Shown here: in pieces, positions 62,395 to 64,000 of the stretch | Position numbering within the stretch: position 1 is the first letter of the stretch | How the letters are laid out: each line of letters opens with the position of its first letter | Assembly (NCBI GenBank): GCA_964106915.2 | Contig: OZ066917.1 | Source of the DNA: Podarcis gaigeae | Lineage: Eukaryota | Length of the DNA: 64,000 nucleotides | Reading direction: 5' to 3' (one strand) | Made by a program: the position numbers and the translations under genes | The notes under the pieces: model-generated | What the model was told of the DNA's origin: nothing | What the model saw: the letters and a program-made list of their open reading frames with translations, nothing else | Database searches by the model: none

Positions 62395-63631
62395 CAGTGG
62401 TGCCTCGCAAGACGAAATTAATTCGTTCCGCAAGTCTTTTCGTCTTGCGAGTTTTTCGTCTTGCGAAGCACGGTTTCCCATAGGAATGCATTGAAAATCA
62501 ATCAATGTGTTCCTATGGAAACCGCCTTCAGACCAGGTCTGGGGACAGTCTGTCCCCCAACCTCTTCTGAAGGCCGGCGGGGGGGGGAAGTCTTTGCTTC
62601 CCCCTGCCTGCCTTCCCGGGACAGCGGAGACTTCTCCGCTGTCCCGGGGCGATTTTAAAATGCTGGCGGGCGGCAGCGAAGCCTTCGCTGCCGCACGCCA
62701 GCATTTTAAAATCGCCCCGGGACAGCGGATGAATTCTCCGCTGTCCCAGGGCGATTTAAAAGCCCCCGGGAAGGCAGGCAGGGGGGACAAAGACTTTTGC
62801 CCCCTGCCCGCCTTCAGAAGAGGTCCAGAGGGCTCCCCAAGCGGCGAATGTCTGCCCCGCGCGAGGGGCGCTCTGCTTAAGAGCACCCCTCGCGCGGGGC
62901 AGCAGGCTGCTATCCGCAGCCTAGGCGGGAACTCTTCTGAAGGCTGGCGGGGGAGAAGGGCTTTTCTTCCCACCGCCAGTCTTCAGAACAGCCTTCTGAA
63001 TGTTGGCGGTGGGGAGGAAAACCTTCCTCCCACCGCAAGTCTTCAAGACAGGTCCGGGAACAGAGTAGAAGCGCTGCGCACCTTCCCCTCTGTTCCCGGA
63101 CCTGTCCTGAAGGCTTGCGGTGGGAGGAGGGCTTTCCTCCCCACCGCCAACATTCAGAATGCTGTTCTGAATGTTGGCGGTGGGGAGGAAAAACCCTCCT
63201 CCCACCACAAGCCCCGGGAACAGAGGAGAAGCGCTGCGCACCTTCCCCTCTGTTCCCGGACCTGTCCTGAAGGCTTGCGGTGGGAGGAGGGCTTTCCTCC
63301 CCACCGCCAACATTCAGAATGCTGTTCTGAATGTTGGCGGTGGGGAGGAAAAACCCTCCTCCCACCGCAAGCCCCGGGAACAGAGGAGAAGCCCTTCGCG
63401 CCTTGTCCTCTGTTCCCGGACCTCCCACCGCAAGCCTTAGGACAGGTCCGGGAACAGAGGAGAAGGCGCGCTGCGCTTCCCCGCTGTCTCCGGAGATTTC
63501 CCTATGGGCTTTCGTCTTGCGAAGCAAGCCCATAGGGAAATTCGTCTTGCGAAGCCGCTAAAAAATCGGAAAACCCTTTCGTCTTGCGGGTTTTTCGTTT
63601 AGCGAGGCATTCGTCTTGCGGGGCACCACTG
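62395..63631. mobile_element. Non-autonomous Tc1/mariner-type DNA transposon with palindromic, tandemly repeated interior
   Basis: 22-bp TIR CAGTGGTGCC(T/C)CGCAAGACGAA, TA on both sides, repeated subterminal TTCGTCTTGCG, no transposase motifs. Confidence 0.9.
62935..63470. repeat. Internal tandem repeat, 160-bp period, about 3 units, hairpin-forming
   Basis: CAGAG(T/G)AGAAGC recurs at 63061, 63221 and 63381. Units fold around TTCAGAA-N5-TTCTGAA. Confidence 0.88.
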
Positions 63632-64000
63632 TACATTTCTTCTAATATGTCACTTTCTGCATGCAGTTTTGACCAATATATACATTCTGCAATGAGCTTA
63701 CCCTAATATTTTGGCATGTTATTTTGACAAATGTAGCATTTTTCTAACATCTCCACCCAATATATACATTTTTGAAAATTTTGTTTGATTGGAGAGTTAT
63801 TATCACAAAATTCAGAGAATGAAGCTTTGAACAGGGGGAGCTAAACATTTACCAGTTACTACCTTCTGCCTTGTTCAAGTCACTGTTGAAAGACTCAGCT
63901 GTTTGAAATTGGCAACCCCAGAAACAGGTTCAGTGTTTTTTAAGTTTTCCAAGTAGCGTTGCTATTCAGCGATGGTGAATCACTGAGGTAACATTTGTCC

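Noticed and set aside
62350-63561. ORFs up to 342 aa as a possible transposase
   Set aside because: No HTH or DDE/D motifs; the translation simply repeats with the 160-bp unit.

Overview
This is vertebrate genomic DNA from a squamate reptile. Sauria-type SINEs with (ACCTTT)n tails and BovB, CR1 and L2 fragments point there, and a lacertid lizard is my inference. The window holds one protein-coding gene, SIK1 (salt-inducible kinase 1), on the + strand. It has a CpG-island promoter with CRE sites (~38.0-40.1 kb), a predicted non-coding exon 1, and 13 coding exons from ATG 40453 to TAA 51769. The spliced CDS is 2397 nt (798 aa), all introns are GT-AG with consistent phases, and the ~2.55-kb 3'UTR ends near AATAAA 54313. 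The flanks are intergenic and repeat-rich. The most unusual structures are two unrelated non-autonomous DNA transposons, each carrying GC-rich tandem arrays of palindromes: a hAT-type element at 23705-25332 (10 x 118 bp, two hairpins per unit) and a Tc1/mariner-type element at 62395-63631 (160-bp units plus a ~260-bp nested inverted repeat). Also notable are a BovB copy with an apparent inverted 5' segment, a start-stop uORF in the SIK1 leader, a possible intronic-polyadenylation isoform lacking the PKA sites, and a distal CRE cluster ~11 kb upstream. I found no CRISPR array, operon or novel protein system. The long six-frame ORFs are repeat artefacts. All family and motif calls are by eye, without database searches.
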